64,000 bases of DNA from an uncultured cyanobacterium. Lineage in GTDB: Bacteria; Cyanobacteriota; Cyanobacteriia; Cyanobacteriales; Nostocaceae. The notes below the pieces were generated by a model. The model saw only the letters and a program-made list of their open reading frames with translations, ran no database searches and was not told where the DNA came from. Within the stretch, counting starts at the first letter, position 1. Every line of letters starts with the position of its first letter. Shown in pieces: positions 63,567-64,000 of this stretch. The stretch covers positions 832,001-896,000 of the forward strand of contig OY970166.1 in the NCBI GenBank assembly GCA_963706595.1, given 5' to 3'. The translations under genes were made by a program, and so were the position numbers.

Positions 63567-64000
63567 TTAAGCAGCGCCAAACTGAGATTGTAAGATTTCA
63601 TCATTTTCATCAGCAATGGTCGCCACAATTGTAACCAGCCGTGAAACTTCCGCCGGAGATAAATCTTCTAGAGTGCGTGTTGATATCACAACTACCCGAT
63701 TCTCAATAATACCAAAACGGGCTTCTAAGGTGTTGGAGCAGTTCATTTCCAAAAGATGACGCATCAACTTGAGTTCATCTTTGACTGGTAAGTTTAGCAC
63801 CGCCGACCAAACTGTGATGGTATCCTCATCACTTTCTCCAGTGAGTTGGATAAAAACTTCCACACTCCCGTATTTAAATTTCCAGAGATAACCATCCTTT
63901 GGGTTGTGGCTCACCATTGCGCTATCATCTTGTTCTAGAGTACCGATGACGTTTTCAATTACTTCCACATGGTTAACGCTCACCGTATCTTCGTTGAATT
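63567..64000 (-). CDS. YbjN-domain protein, start probably beyond window
   Basis: WKFKYGSVEVF, LLEMN, ATIAD; frame open to the window edge. Confidence 0.8.
   Translation of the reverse strand, partial: FNEDTVSVNHVEVIENVIGTLEQDDSAMVSHNPKDGYLWKFKYGSVEVFIQLTGESDEDTITVWSAVLNLPVKDELKLMRHLLEMNCSNTLEARFGIIENRVVVISTRTLEDLSPAEVSRLVTIVATIADENDEILQSQFGAA

Overview
64 kb of chromosome from a heterocyst-forming (Nostocales-type) cyanobacterium. This call rests on frequent HIP1 sites (GCGATCGC), heptamer STRR arrays, and gene order matching what I recall of Anabaena PCC 7120 (cikA-cobN-alr1690-like-furA-sigC-gpsA-lipA; ado-aar-accA-SDR-folE-trpF-psaK-psaK). Core content includes murQ, tRNA-Pro(CGG), gatA, ktrAB, psb32, tocopherol genes, and a complete mycosporine sunscreen cluster mysABCD followed directly by crtO and a convergent psb34. 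Several things are not explained by the ORF track. (1) A DUF72 pseudogene is split by a 470-bp protein-free IS200/IS605-type cassette that has its own extended -10 promoter, an omegaRNA-like right end and an atypical 9-bp junction duplication; the same gene also carries a 25-bp insertion in a HIP1 site. (2) A ~56-nt candidate sRNA exposes an anti-Shine-Dalgarno motif. (3) A ~1.2-kb mysA leader has strand-biased (G)GAAT repeats. (4) An AT-rich HEPN-motif gene sits next to the tRNA. (5) An EcaI/BstEII-like R-M island has an Xis-type controller, and its endonuclease has a nonsense codon at position 6. (6) There is a diverged 3x185-bp triplication, two +1 frameshifted genes, and many nested miniature repeat elements, some translated inside cobN. 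All family assignments come from motif recognition and memory; no searches were run.
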